A stretch of DNA of 64,000 bases from Candidatus Altimarinota bacterium (GTDB lineage: Bacteria > Patescibacteriota > Gracilibacteria > CAIRYL01), in the NCBI GenBank assembly GCA_965250085.1, contig OZ252287.1, forward strand, positions 288,001 to 352,000, written 5' to 3'. The notes under the pieces are model-generated. The model was given only the letters and a program-made list of their open reading frames with translations, had not been told where the DNA came from and did not search any database. The position numbers were made by a program, and so were the translations under genes. The first letter of the stretch is position 1. Each line of letters starts with the position of its first letter. This document shows, piece by piece, positions 32,725 through 42,055 of this stretch.

Positions 32725-33294
32725 ATGGATCCAGAACAAAACAACCCTGCCGATCGCTCACCTAAATTAGAAATTATCTCCACCAATCAGCAAGGCTCAA
32801 GAGATCCTGTTGTAGATGCTTTTTTAGCTGGAGCTTCGCCCGATGCGCTCGACCAGATTTCAGCAATAGGTATAGATTTGACGAATACTTCTGGGTCGCA
32901 AACTCCTGTTACTGTTGACCAAAACCGAAGTTTCTTTCATCGAGCAAGTACGCAGCTTCTCAGATGGAATACATTAGAAGCTGCTTACAGAACGGCAGTT
33001 CAAGATAATCCTGATGATGAAGGTTTGGAAAGAGATGCAAATACTCTTAACGATGCAATCACAATGCTAAAATGCGCAATGAAGAGCGATGATCACAAAG
33101 CATCTCGAATGGCAATTTCAATGGTAAAAAGTGGTCAAATGCCTACACTCAATAGGGTTCGCAAATTTTTAAAGTTAAAGTCAGGAAAGCCAAATATAAG
33201 ACCTACTAAGCACGATCTCCATGGAATGAGAGAAGAAGTTCCTTCTGATCTCGACTTATTACAAGAAGGCTATGGAGATAAGATGAGCCAATAA
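32725..33294 (+). CDS. Hypothetical protein
   Basis: Probable start MDPEQNNP within ORF 32599-33294; no recognised motif. Confidence 0.6.
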   Translation: MDPEQNNPADRSPKLEIISTNQQGSRDPVVDAFLAGASPDALDQISAIGIDLTNTSGSQTPVTVDQNRSFFHRASTQLLRWNTLEAAYRTAVQDNPDDEGLERDANTLNDAITMLKCAMKSDDHKASRMAISMVKSGQMPTLNRVRKFLKLKSGKPNIRPTKHDLHGMREEVPSDLDLLQEGYGDKMSQ

Positions 33295-33413
33295 ACAATG
33301 AGAGGAGTCACTTTCTCATTTAACTTGAATTTCTTTGTTAAAATTATACGTTGCTGACTGAAGCCGAGTACGAACACTTGGCTTCTTTATTTTTAATAGA
33401 AAAAAGGGAGATT

Positions 33414-34340
33414 TTATCCTCCAAATGCTTCCTGCAGTCTCTGAATTCTATTTTCCGGAAGTGGATGGGTAGAGAACCACTCACGAAAGAAGCTTCGATG
33501 TTTCTTTTCTGAAAATGGAGTACAAAAAAACAGGTGCGCTGTCGCAGTGCCCGCTCGTTTCATACGACTGTCATCAGCTGTTATTTTTTGAAGTGCCCCA
33601 ATAAGTCCATCTGGATATCGAGTGATTTCTACCGCAGAAGCATCTGCCAGATATTCCCGCTGACGTGTCATAGCAAGCTGGATAAGTTTGGCAATTATTG
33701 GTGAGAGAAGCATAAATGCGATGCCCACAAAAATCAGTATCCCATTTTCTCGCGTGCCACCTCGACTATTTCGTTGCCTCCCTTGCCCATGCCACATGAG
33801 TCTCATAGCAGTATCTCCGAGCATGGCAATTATTCCTACAAATACCACGACAATAGTTCCGATGCGAATATCATAATTTTTGATATGACTGATTTCATGC
33901 GCTATCACGCCTTCAAGTTCACTTTTTTCTAGCATATCAAGGAGTCCTGTACTCACCGCGATAGCCGCATTTTCCGGATTTCTTCCCGTGGCAAATGCAT
34001 TAGGTGATTGATCGTCTATTACACACACTTTTGGCTTGGGGATTCCTGCTGTAATGCAAATATTTTCTACAATGCGATGAAGCTCTCGAAATTGTCCTTC
34101 TTTTAATACCTCCTTCGCACCAGTAGAAAGAAGTGCTATTTGCATAGAAGAATAATATCCTACAAATGCACTGACAAATGACACCGCCCCTACTGTTCCG
34201 AGCAATGAAACCTGCTCCGCGCCCTGGAGTCCAAACATGTAGGAATACAGCCATCCTCCCAGAACAACAAAGCCAATAAAAAAGAGAATTATGAGCGCTG
34301 AGTTGCGTTTATTTCGCCGAATTTGCTGATACAAGAGCAT
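33414..34340 (-). CDS. htpX: HtpX-family M48 zinc metalloprotease
   Basis: PNAFATG, GVIAHEISHI, REYLADA and STHP; downstream of lemA. Confidence 0.93.
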   Translation of the reverse strand: MLLYQQIRRNKRNSALIILFFIGFVVLGGWLYSYMFGLQGAEQVSLLGTVGAVSFVSAFVGYYSSMQIALLSTGAKEVLKEGQFRELHRIVENICITAGIPKPKVCVIDDQSPNAFATGRNPENAAIAVSTGLLDMLEKSELEGVIAHEISHIKNYDIRIGTIVVVFVGIIAMLGDTAMRLMWHGQGRQRNSRGGTRENGILIFVGIAFMLLSPIIAKLIQLAMTRQREYLADASAVEITRYPDGLIGALQKITADDSRMKRAGTATAHLFFCTPFSEKKHRSFFREWFSTHPLPENRIQRLQEAFGG

Positions 34341-34362
34341 AGTTCAATTACAAATTTGCGAA

Positions 34363-34570
34363 TTACGCAATAGTCATTTTTGCAAAAAAATCTTTCTTCG
34401 ATTGAGCTCCTACAGCTTCCTCTACGTTCGCTCCAATTGAAGTCCCACTTTTCAATATTTGTTTTGAAAGCACGAATTCTTTTTTTTTTCACTAAAAACT
34501 GATATAGCTTTACTATTCGTAAAGCAAATTCATAGCTTTTATCCCGAATAACATTGTCTTGGCTGCTCAT
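34363..34570 (-). pseudogene. Four-helix-bundle (23S rRNA IVP-like) protein remnant, frameshifted and truncated
   Basis: DKSYEFALRIVKLY, then after an A10 run the shifted frame reads LSKQILKSGTSIGANVEEA..QSKKDF..KM.IA-stop. Flanked by heptamer-like repeats. Confidence 0.8.
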
Positions 34571-34601
34571 GAAGAATTAATTGTACATTGCGCATTGCAC
34601 A

Positions 34602-35159
34602 TTAAAAATTGACTTTTACATTTTCTCGTTCTTCTTTATTCTCAAGTTCAAAAAACTCAAACTTTGGAAATGAAGGAAAAAATCGAACGATGATATTATT
34701 AGGAAATACCTCAATCTTGGTATTGAACTGCTCCACCATAGAATTGTAAAACCTGCGTGCCGCTTGAATCTTATCTTCTGTGTCCGTCAATTCTCTCTGA
34801 AGTTCTATAAAGTTTTCATTTGCTTTGAGATCTGGATAAGCTTCTGCCACAGCAAAGAGGCTTTTGAGCGCACCAGTCAGCATATTTTCTGCCTTGGCTT
34901 GCCCTTCCACGCTTCCAGCGCCCATGGCAGCTGTACGAGCTTTTGTGACATTTTCAAAAACCTCTTTTTCATGCCCCGCATATCCTTTTACTGCTTCAAG
35001 AAGATTGGGGATGAGGTCGTATCGACGTTTGAGCTGCACGTCAATATCGCTCCACGCTGCTTTCGTTTTATTCTTGAGGCGAATAAGACCGTTGTACACT
35101 CCCACCACAAAAAGCGCGATTACTCCAACGATGAGAAGAAGAATCCAAAAGAAATTCAT
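34602..35159 (-). CDS. lemA: LemA family protein
   Basis: YN.L..AWSDIDVQLKRRYDLIPNL, EAYPDLKANENF and ARRFYN. Confidence 0.96.
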   Translation of the reverse strand: MNFFWILLLIVGVIALFVVGVYNGLIRLKNKTKAAWSDIDVQLKRRYDLIPNLLEAVKGYAGHEKEVFENVTKARTAAMGAGSVEGQAKAENMLTGALKSLFAVAEAYPDLKANENFIELQRELTDTEDKIQAARRFYNSMVEQFNTKIEVFPNNIIVRFFPSFPKFEFFELENKEERENVKVNF

Positions 35160-35248
35160 AGTATTTTATAATGAAATAGAAAAACTACTTCCATTGTAGA
35201 TGAAATTAAAAAATTAGGAAATTATCAATTTTTTAAGAAAATTTTTCC

Positions 35249-35857
35249 TTACTTTTCGTTATGTCGTGATTCGAGTTCCTCAAGAATACTATCAAGAGAG
35301 ATCTCTTTTTCCGCTAAAAGCACAAAAAGATGAAAAAGAAGGTCAGAACTTTCCTCAATTATTCTTTTCTTGCTCTTATTTTTTGCTGCAATAACTACTT
35401 CCGTCGCTTCTTCGCCGACTTTTTGCACAATCCGATCGAGTCCTTCTTTGAAGAGACTGGTCGTATATGAACCTTCAGACGGTTCCTTTTTCCGTTTTTG
35501 AATCAATTTAAAGAGATACTGCAGGAAGTAGATACTTTCTTCCTCACCAAAGCAGGAAGTCTGACCAGTGTGACATGTCGCACCTTTTGGAATAACAGAA
35601 ATAAGAATCGCATCATTGTCACAATCTAATTCCGCATCAATAAATTCCAAGGTATTACCACTGGTTTCACCTTTCATCCAAAGTCGCTTTTTAGATCTGC
35701 TGTAAAACCAAACCTTCTTTGCTTTAAGTGTTTTTTGGAGTGATTCTTTATTCATATAGCCCAGCATCAAAACCTGTTTTGTCTGGTTATTTTGAATAAT
35801 TGCCGGAATTAAACCGTTACTTTTGGCAAAATCAGTATTGTTGAGAAGAGATTTCAT
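35249..35857 (-). CDS. hisIE: Bifunctional phosphoribosyl-AMP cyclohydrolase / phosphoribosyl-ATP pyrophosphatase
   Basis: SRSK.RLWMKGETSGN, DCDND, CHTG..SCF, SYT..LF and KVGEEATE. Confidence 0.96.
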   Translation of the reverse strand: MKSLLNNTDFAKSNGLIPAIIQNNQTKQVLMLGYMNKESLQKTLKAKKVWFYSRSKKRLWMKGETSGNTLEFIDAELDCDNDAILISVIPKGATCHTGQTSCFGEEESIYFLQYLFKLIQKRKKEPSEGSYTTSLFKEGLDRIVQKVGEEATEVVIAAKNKSKKRIIEESSDLLFHLFVLLAEKEISLDSILEELESRHNEK

Positions 35858-37965
35858 AAACGAAGAGAAATATTTTGAGAAAAAAGATATTGTTTGAGTT
35901 CAGGAATCTGGAGTTCCTCAGAATGAAATATGCCAGCGGCAAGTGCTGCATCACATTTTCCTTCTGTAAAAGCCTGTAAGAAGTGCTCTTTTTTGCCTGC
36001 TCCGCTAGAAGCTATTACGGGAATATTTACTGCTTCTGAGATTGCCTTGAGGAGCTGAAGATCATAGCCACTTTTCATGCCATCTCGATCAAGTGAATTT
36101 ATGAGAAGCTCCCCAGCCCCAAGTGTTTCCATCTGTTTGACAAACTTAATTGCATCAATGCCAGTATTTTTTTTACCACCATTAATATAGATTTCCCATT
36201 TGTCCCCTGATCTTTTTGGAGAAAGGGAGATCACAATACATTGAGAGCCAAAAGTTTGAGCAGCTTCCGCCACGAGATCAGGGGTATTTACGGCAGATGA
36301 CTCAATGGCGACTTTATCAGCTCCATTGGCAAGTACTGTCCTGATATCATCAATGCTTCTAATTCCTCCACCAACAGTAAAAGGAATATTGATGTTTCGA
36401 GAGATTTTTTCCACAAGTTCAACCAGGGTTTTTCTTTTTTCTGTTGTTGCGGTGATATCAAGAAATACGAGCTCATCAATACCCATATCACTATACATTG
36501 TTCCCAGATCTACCGGATCACCAGCATCTTTTAGATTTTTATAATTCGTTCCTTTCACTACACGACCTTTATCAATATCCATACAAGCGATAATGCGCTT
36601 AGCGATACCAGAAGATTTTGTAGAGGAGGGTTTGAAACCCTCCCTTACGATCTCTGCAAGATCAATCTTTCCTTCATATATGGCTTTACCAATAATCACT
36701 CCATTAACATTCATCTTTCTCAATTTTTCTACATCTTGCTCAGAAGAAATTCCACCAGCGACAATTATACTCAATCCTGATTCTTGAACTTCGGAAACAC
36801 TCTTAAAGCTTGGACCGCTCAGCATTCCATCTTGTGCAATATCAGTGAAGATAACTGTAGTAACGCCAAGTGTTTTCAATTCTGCGAAAAAATTAGAAAT
36901 AAGGATTGTGCTTACCTCTTTCCAGCCATTAGTTGCCACCACGCCATCTCTGGCATCAACGGAGACAATAATTCGATCAGAGTTAAAATTCTTCACCAAT
37001 TTCTTAATGAGTGCTGGATTTTTTACGGCAGAAGTACTGAGGATGATTCGCTCTATCCCATTCTCAAGAAGCATTTGAGCATCTTTGTATGTACGAATTC
37101 CTCCACCAGTTTGCACAGGGATATTCACTGTCCTTGCCACCTTTAGAATTATTTTTGAATTACAGAGTTGACCCTGCTTCGCTCCATCGAGGTCAATAAC
37201 ATGAATTACCGAAGCACCTTGTTTTTCAAATTTCTTTGCCATTTCGAGTGGATCAGTGTTGTATTCAGTTTTTCGTCTGTAATTTCCTTGGCTGAGTCGA
37301 ACACACTTTCCATCGATAAGATCAATTGCTGGGATAATCTCCATAGGCTTTTGTTTTTTCGATACTGATTCATTCTCTAGTTTGCAAAAGTTCTCCAGGA
37401 ACTGTAGGCCCATTTTTCCAGATTTCTCAGGGTGAAATTGAACTCCATAGAAATTATCTCTCCGAATAAGAGCAGCGAATGTATCACTATGTTTTCCCAT
37501 TCCAAGTACATATTCGCTGCTCACTTGAACATAATATGAATTTGCAAAGTAAAAATAACTTTCAGATGGAACACCATTCAAAATAGGGTCATTTTGAGGA
37601 GAACATATACTATTCCAGCCCATTTGTGGCACCTTGAAACCCACCTTGCTGCTGAACCTTTTGACCCTTCCGGGGATAATGTTAAGCCCTTTGGTGTCAT
37701 CTTCTTCGGACGCAATACAAAGGAGCTGCATCCCTAAACAGATGCCAAGAAATGGTACCTTGATTTGAGGAATTACATCCCAAACCCCGAGCTTTTGAAG
37801 CTCCTGCTTTGCTTGTGCAGCACGACCCTGTCCAGGGAAGATTACTTTGTCTGCACTGAGAATCTCCTCAGGATCGGAAGTCACAATAAATTTTACTCCA
37901 AGCGTGCCCAAGGCATTCGTTATGGAACAAATGTTGCCAGCGTTGTAGTTAATAATAGCAATCAT
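35854..37965 (-). CDS. hisHAF: Trifunctional HisH-HisA-HisF fusion (glutamine amidotransferase + ProFAR isomerase + cyclase)
   Basis: One 703-aa ORF: HisH (FPGQG, GICLGMQ, QFHPEKS), HisA (IIPAIDL..G.CVRL.QG, DLDGA, DG.LSG), HisF (KRIIACMD..GRVVKG, DELVFLDITA, PVIASSGAG). Confidence 0.93.
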   Translation of the reverse strand: MIAIINYNAGNICSITNALGTLGVKFIVTSDPEEILSADKVIFPGQGRAAQAKQELQKLGVWDVIPQIKVPFLGICLGMQLLCIASEEDDTKGLNIIPGRVKRFSSKVGFKVPQMGWNSICSPQNDPILNGVPSESYFYFANSYYVQVSSEYVLGMGKHSDTFAALIRRDNFYGVQFHPEKSGKMGLQFLENFCKLENESVSKKQKPMEIIPAIDLIDGKCVRLSQGNYRRKTEYNTDPLEMAKKFEKQGASVIHVIDLDGAKQGQLCNSKIILKVARTVNIPVQTGGGIRTYKDAQMLLENGIERIILSTSAVKNPALIKKLVKNFNSDRIIVSVDARDGVVATNGWKEVSTILISNFFAELKTLGVTTVIFTDIAQDGMLSGPSFKSVSEVQESGLSIIVAGGISSEQDVEKLRKMNVNGVIIGKAIYEGKIDLAEIVREGFKPSSTKSSGIAKRIIACMDIDKGRVVKGTNYKNLKDAGDPVDLGTMYSDMGIDELVFLDITATTEKRKTLVELVEKISRNINIPFTVGGGIRSIDDIRTVLANGADKVAIESSAVNTPDLVAEAAQTFGSQCIVISLSPKRSGDKWEIYINGGKKNTGIDAIKFVKQMETLGAGELLINSLDRDGMKSGYDLQLLKAISEAVNIPVIASSGAGKKEHFLQAFTEGKCDAALAAGIFHSEELQIPELKQYLFSQNISLRL
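36620..36648. repeat. GTAG-type REP-like palindrome, in frame in the HisA/HisF linker
   Basis: gtagaggagggtttgaaaccctcccttac; one mismatch to the intergenic copy at 40141. Confidence 0.8.
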
Positions 37966-39050
37966 AAGAGTCCTTTTGTGGAAGGTAAAATTTTGGTAGT
38001 TCTGGAATTTCTCTCAGCAGCCATTTTAAGAGCTCTGGCAAGTGCCTTAAATGAAGATTCGATCATATGGTGCTCATTTTTTCCTGTTATCCTGACGCTC
38101 AGTGTTGCTTTGAGACCGTCAGCGAAGGAACGAAAAAAGTGTTCGAGCATTTCTGTCGGCATATCACCGACTTTTTCTCTTTTAAACTTTGCGTTGAATG
38201 TCGTATAGCTCCTGCCTGAGAGATCGAGGGAAACTTCTGCTAACGATTCATCCATAGGCATGCGCACACCAAATCGCTCAATACCTTTTTTATCTCCAAG
38301 TGCTTTTGTAATCGCTTTACTCAGGGTAATGCCGGTATCTTCTATGGTGTGGTGCTCATCAATGTGCAGATCACCTTTGACTTTGATATTCATATCGATC
38401 AGAGAGTGTTTGGAAAGTTGTTCCAGCATGTGGTCAAAGAAGCTAAGACCCGTAGATATCTTGTATTTTCCGGTTCCATCAAGATTCACACTGACTGAAA
38501 TATCAGTTTCTTTCGTCTTTCGTTCAAGTATTGCTTTTCGCTCCAAAATTTTGGCAGCAATCTTTATCCAACCATTCCGAGGACTGATCTTTATCCCCTT
38601 GCATCCAATATTTTTGCCAAGATCCATATCACTTCGCCTGTCTCCAATTACATATGAGCACTGCAGATCAATCTTATTCTCCCGAAGGTATTTTTTCAGA
38701 AGCCCTGTCTTTGGTTTTCGACAATCACAATTTTCTTTTGGTAGGTGCGGACAGATAAAAATCTCTTCAAACTCAATTCCCTCACCTCGCAGAGTATTCA
38801 GAATCAAATTTTGCGGTGCATCAAAATCCTTCTGTGGAAATATCTTTTGCCCAAGCCCGTCTTGATTAGAAATCATGACCAGTGTAAATCCGGCATCATA
38901 AAGCATCTTAAGCGAACTAATAGCGTACGGAATAAACTCCAGTTTTTCTAAGCAGTCGAGCTGATAATCGATCCATTTTGGGTCATTTGGACGAGATTCT
39001 GGTTCTTTGACGATGCAGCCATCTCGATCAATAAAGAGTATTTTTTTCAT
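37962..39050 (-). CDS. hisB: Bifunctional histidinol-phosphatase / imidazoleglycerol-phosphate dehydratase
   Basis: HAD motif FIDRDG, CDCRKPK, GDR..D; IGPD motifs RKTKET, FFDHML, DEHHTIED, PMDE, NEHH and PSTKG. Confidence 0.96.
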   Translation of the reverse strand: MKKILFIDRDGCIVKEPESRPNDPKWIDYQLDCLEKLEFIPYAISSLKMLYDAGFTLVMISNQDGLGQKIFPQKDFDAPQNLILNTLRGEGIEFEEIFICPHLPKENCDCRKPKTGLLKKYLRENKIDLQCSYVIGDRRSDMDLGKNIGCKGIKISPRNGWIKIAAKILERKAILERKTKETDISVSVNLDGTGKYKISTGLSFFDHMLEQLSKHSLIDMNIKVKGDLHIDEHHTIEDTGITLSKAITKALGDKKGIERFGVRMPMDESLAEVSLDLSGRSYTTFNAKFKREKVGDMPTEMLEHFFRSFADGLKATLSVRITGKNEHHMIESSFKALARALKMAAERNSRTTKILPSTKGLL

Positions 39051-40120
39051 AGGAATGGAGAAAAAATGGTAATAAAATCTTCCATTTGTTTTTTTGTTCC
39101 AATACTCAGTCGTAGAGTGTTTCCTAAATACCCTTTTCGAGGTCTGAGCAAACACCCATCTTGTTTTAGCTTTTTAAAAAGTTTTTGAGGATTACTTTTT
39201 GGGAAAAAAAGAAGGAAGTTAGCAGTGCTTTCGAAGAATTGAATTCCATTTTCTGTAAAAAACTTTTCCATAAGTGGCTTTGCCCTGTTCATCACTTCCT
39301 CTACATATTTTTCCAAATCTTCAATGTCATCCAATGCTCCTGTGGCAGCATAATATGCGAGAGAATTTATATCATACGGTCCTCGAACTTTTAACATTTG
39401 CTCAATATTTTGCTGTCCGGAGAGCACATATCCAACTCGTAATGCCGCGAGTCCAAAGGCTTTTGAGAAGGTTCTGGTAATTATAAGATTTGGGTATTTT
39501 GAAATAAGTCCCGCAGCAGTAACGCCCGAAAACTCATAATAGGCTTCGTCCACATACACGATTGCATTTGGTGCTTTTTGAATAATTGCCTCAATTTGTT
39601 CAAGTGATATGGGTGTTCCCGTTGGATTATTTGGGCTGCATAAAACAATAAGTTTTGTTTTTGAGGTAATGGCACCCAATATTTCTTTACACGGAAATCG
39701 TAGAGGCTGAAAATTTTCAGCCCCTACAGCACAATATTCAGGTTTTATAATTTTATTCCCCATAATTCCAGCACATTGATAAAACATAGCAAAGCTCGGA
39801 GAAGGAATAATCACTTCATCATCTTTTTGGGTAAAGGTGCGAAAAATCAGATCAATACCCTGGTCTGAACCATTGGTCACCATTGCCTGCTCAGGAGAAA
39901 CTTTGGCGTACGCAGCAATGCGTTCACAGAAGTCGAAATATTCGGGATAGAGATTGAGTTTTTTCCCTTCTATAAAATTTGTAATAGCATCGAGTGCTTT
40001 CTGACTTGGGGACACTGTCCGTTCATTAAAATCAAGTAGCATGCCTGGATAACCACTTCTTCCTTCGAGTGGAGGAGAATAGGGTGTAAGTGCCTGAATG
40101 TGAGGATTTGCAAAGTTCAT
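39047..40120 (-). CDS. hisC: Histidinol-phosphate aminotransferase
   Basis: LDFNE, NGSDQ, CSPNNPTG, VDEAY and RTFSKAFGLAALRVGY. Confidence 0.95.
   Translation of the reverse strand: MNFANPHIQALTPYSPPLEGRSGYPGMLLDFNERTVSPSQKALDAITNFIEGKKLNLYPEYFDFCERIAAYAKVSPEQAMVTNGSDQGIDLIFRTFTQKDDEVIIPSPSFAMFYQCAGIMGNKIIKPEYCAVGAENFQPLRFPCKEILGAITSKTKLIVLCSPNNPTGTPISLEQIEAIIQKAPNAIVYVDEAYYEFSGVTAAGLISKYPNLIITRTFSKAFGLAALRVGYVLSGQQNIEQMLKVRGPYDINSLAYYAATGALDDIEDLEKYVEEVMNRAKPLMEKFFTENGIQFFESTANFLLFFPKSNPQKLFKKLKQDGCLLRPRKGYLGNTLRLSIGTKKQMEDFITIFSPFL
39700..39727. repeat. GTAG-type REP-like palindrome inside hisC
   Basis: gtagaggctgaaaattttcagcccctac, translated as VGAENFQPL. Confidence 0.7.
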
Positions 40121-40140
40121 AAAGTAAAGTTGAATATTTC

Positions 40141-40169
40141 GTAGGGGAGGGTTTGAAACCCTCCCTTAC
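40141..40169. repeat. GTAG-type REP-like palindrome between hisD and hisC
   Basis: gtaggggagggtttgaaaccctcccttac. Confidence 0.8.
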
Positions 40170-40172
40170 AAT

Positions 40173-41456
40173 TTATAATCGTATTTTGACAGCATCAGCA
40201 TGAGCTTGAAGTTCTTCCGCTTCAGCCATAGTGATTACTGTTTGAGAAATATTCTTGAGTCCTTCCTCAGTAAGTTCTTGAAAGGTAATTTTTCTCAGAA
40301 AGCTTTCGACCGATATGCCACTGTAGCTACGAGCGTAGCCAGAGGTTGGAAGAGTGTGATTTGTTCCAGAAGCGTAATCTCCAACTGACTCAGGACTATA
40401 GGGTCCAAGAAACACAGAACCCGCATTTCGAATAAGTGGGAGATACTTTCTTGAATTCTGGAGACTCAAGATCAAGTGTTCTGGAGCGTATTGATTGCTG
40501 AAGTCAAAAGACTCTTCAATGGTGTCAGTAATCAGGATAAGGCTGTTTTGAAGTGCTGCTTCTGCAATACTCCTTCGAGGCAATGCCTGCAGTTGTTTCT
40601 TCATTTCTGATTGTACTTGTGCTGCTAATTGCTCGTCCGTGAGCATTAAAACAACCTGGCTATCCTCTCCGTGTTCTGCTTGGGAAAGAAGATCAGCAGC
40701 AATAAAGGCAGGATTGGAATCTCCATCAGCAATAACAAGGACTTCAGAGGGTCCAGCTGGCATATCAATTGCTGATCCGTTTGGATCAATCGAGATAAGC
40801 ATCTTGGCAGCAGTAACATATTGATTTCCAGGACCAAATATTTTATCTACTTTGGAAATACTTTCCGTCCCATATGCCATAGCAGCAATCGCCTGTGCCC
40901 CGCCTACTTTGTATATTTCAGTTACGCCATTTGCCTTTGTTGCAAAGAGAATTTCAGGAGCAATATTTCCTCTTTTATTTGGAGGAGTACAAAGAATAAT
41001 ATTTTTACATCCAGCAATCCGAGCTGGTATTGCCAGCATTAAGACCGTAGAAAAGAGCGGTGCGGTTCCTCCTGGTACATAGAGTCCCACTTTTTCAATT
41101 GCCCTACTTTCTCGGAAGCACATCACTCCTGGCATAATCTCAACAGGAGCTTCTTGCTGCAACTGAGCACTGTGAAACTTTTGAATGTTTTGTGCGGCAA
41201 TCTGAATTGCGTTCTTTATTTCTGGTGTGAGGCTCTTTTCTGCATCAATAAATTCTTGCTCAGAAACTTTGAAATCATTCATTTTTACACCATCAAATCT
41301 CAGGGCGTATTCCTTGAGAGCAGTATCTTCATTTTCTTGTACCTTTTGAAGCACCGCTTTCACTATCTCAGAAACATCTTGCACATCAGAAGAGGGTCGT
41401 TTGACGAGGTTTTTGATTTCTTCAGCCGATAGATTGTTTAAAAAATAGGTTTTCAT
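40173..41456 (-). CDS. hisD: Histidinol dehydrogenase
   Basis: [42 protein letters not shown] and GTNHTLPT. Confidence 0.98.
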   Translation of the reverse strand: MKTYFLNNLSAEEIKNLVKRPSSDVQDVSEIVKAVLQKVQENEDTALKEYALRFDGVKMNDFKVSEQEFIDAEKSLTPEIKNAIQIAAQNIQKFHSAQLQQEAPVEIMPGVMCFRESRAIEKVGLYVPGGTAPLFSTVLMLAIPARIAGCKNIILCTPPNKRGNIAPEILFATKANGVTEIYKVGGAQAIAAMAYGTESISKVDKIFGPGNQYVTAAKMLISIDPNGSAIDMPAGPSEVLVIADGDSNPAFIAADLLSQAEHGEDSQVVLMLTDEQLAAQVQSEMKKQLQALPRRSIAEAALQNSLILITDTIEESFDFSNQYAPEHLILSLQNSRKYLPLIRNAGSVFLGPYSPESVGDYASGTNHTLPTSGYARSYSGISVESFLRKITFQELTEEGLKNISQTVITMAEAEELQAHADAVKIRL

Positions 41457-42055
41457 AGTTTTGAGAGAAATTCAGATTTAGCAGGATTGGAGAAGGGGCT
41501 TTCAATTAAGATAGCTTCTGATTCCATAATTGTTGTTAGTTCCACAAGGTTGTGAGCACTCAGCGTATTTCCTGTTTGTGTAATGTCACAAATAGCATCA
41601 GCCAGCCCAAGTTCTGGTGTTACTTCGACTGATCCAGCGATAGGCACAAGAGATGAGTGTATGCCCTTTTTACTCAGAAATTGAGAAAGTACACGAGAAT
41701 AAGATGTAGCGATACGCTCTCCTTCCAAGTCTTGTAGTGTTTTGATTGGTGAATTTTTTGGCAAAGCAAGAACCAGTCGACACTGTGCAAATCCAAGTCG
41801 CTTTATGATCTTTGCCGGTGCATCTTTTTCTGCGAGTACATTTGCACCAGCGATTCCAAAATCAGCCACTCCTCCGCTCACATATTCAGGGATGTCATTA
41901 CTGCGGAGGAGGAAGATATCAATATTCGCATTTGTGCAGGAAGTCATGAGATTCCTTCCATTTCGTTCAAATTCAAGTCCTACAGATTGGAGGAATTTAC
42001 TACTTTCATCACTGAGACGACCTTTGCTTTGTATTGCAATGCGTAATGCACTCAT
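41453..42055 (-). CDS. hisG: ATP phosphoribosyltransferase, short form (200 aa)
   Basis: RIAIQSKGRL, DIPEYV..G.AD.GI, RIATSY and GSVEVTPELGLADAICD; lacks the C-terminal regulatory domain. Confidence 0.95.
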   Translation of the reverse strand: MSALRIAIQSKGRLSDESSKFLQSVGLEFERNGRNLMTSCTNANIDIFLLRSNDIPEYVSGGVADFGIAGANVLAEKDAPAKIIKRLGFAQCRLVLALPKNSPIKTLQDLEGERIATSYSRVLSQFLSKKGIHSSLVPIAGSVEVTPELGLADAICDITQTGNTLSAHNLVELTTIMESEAILIESPFSNPAKSEFLSKL

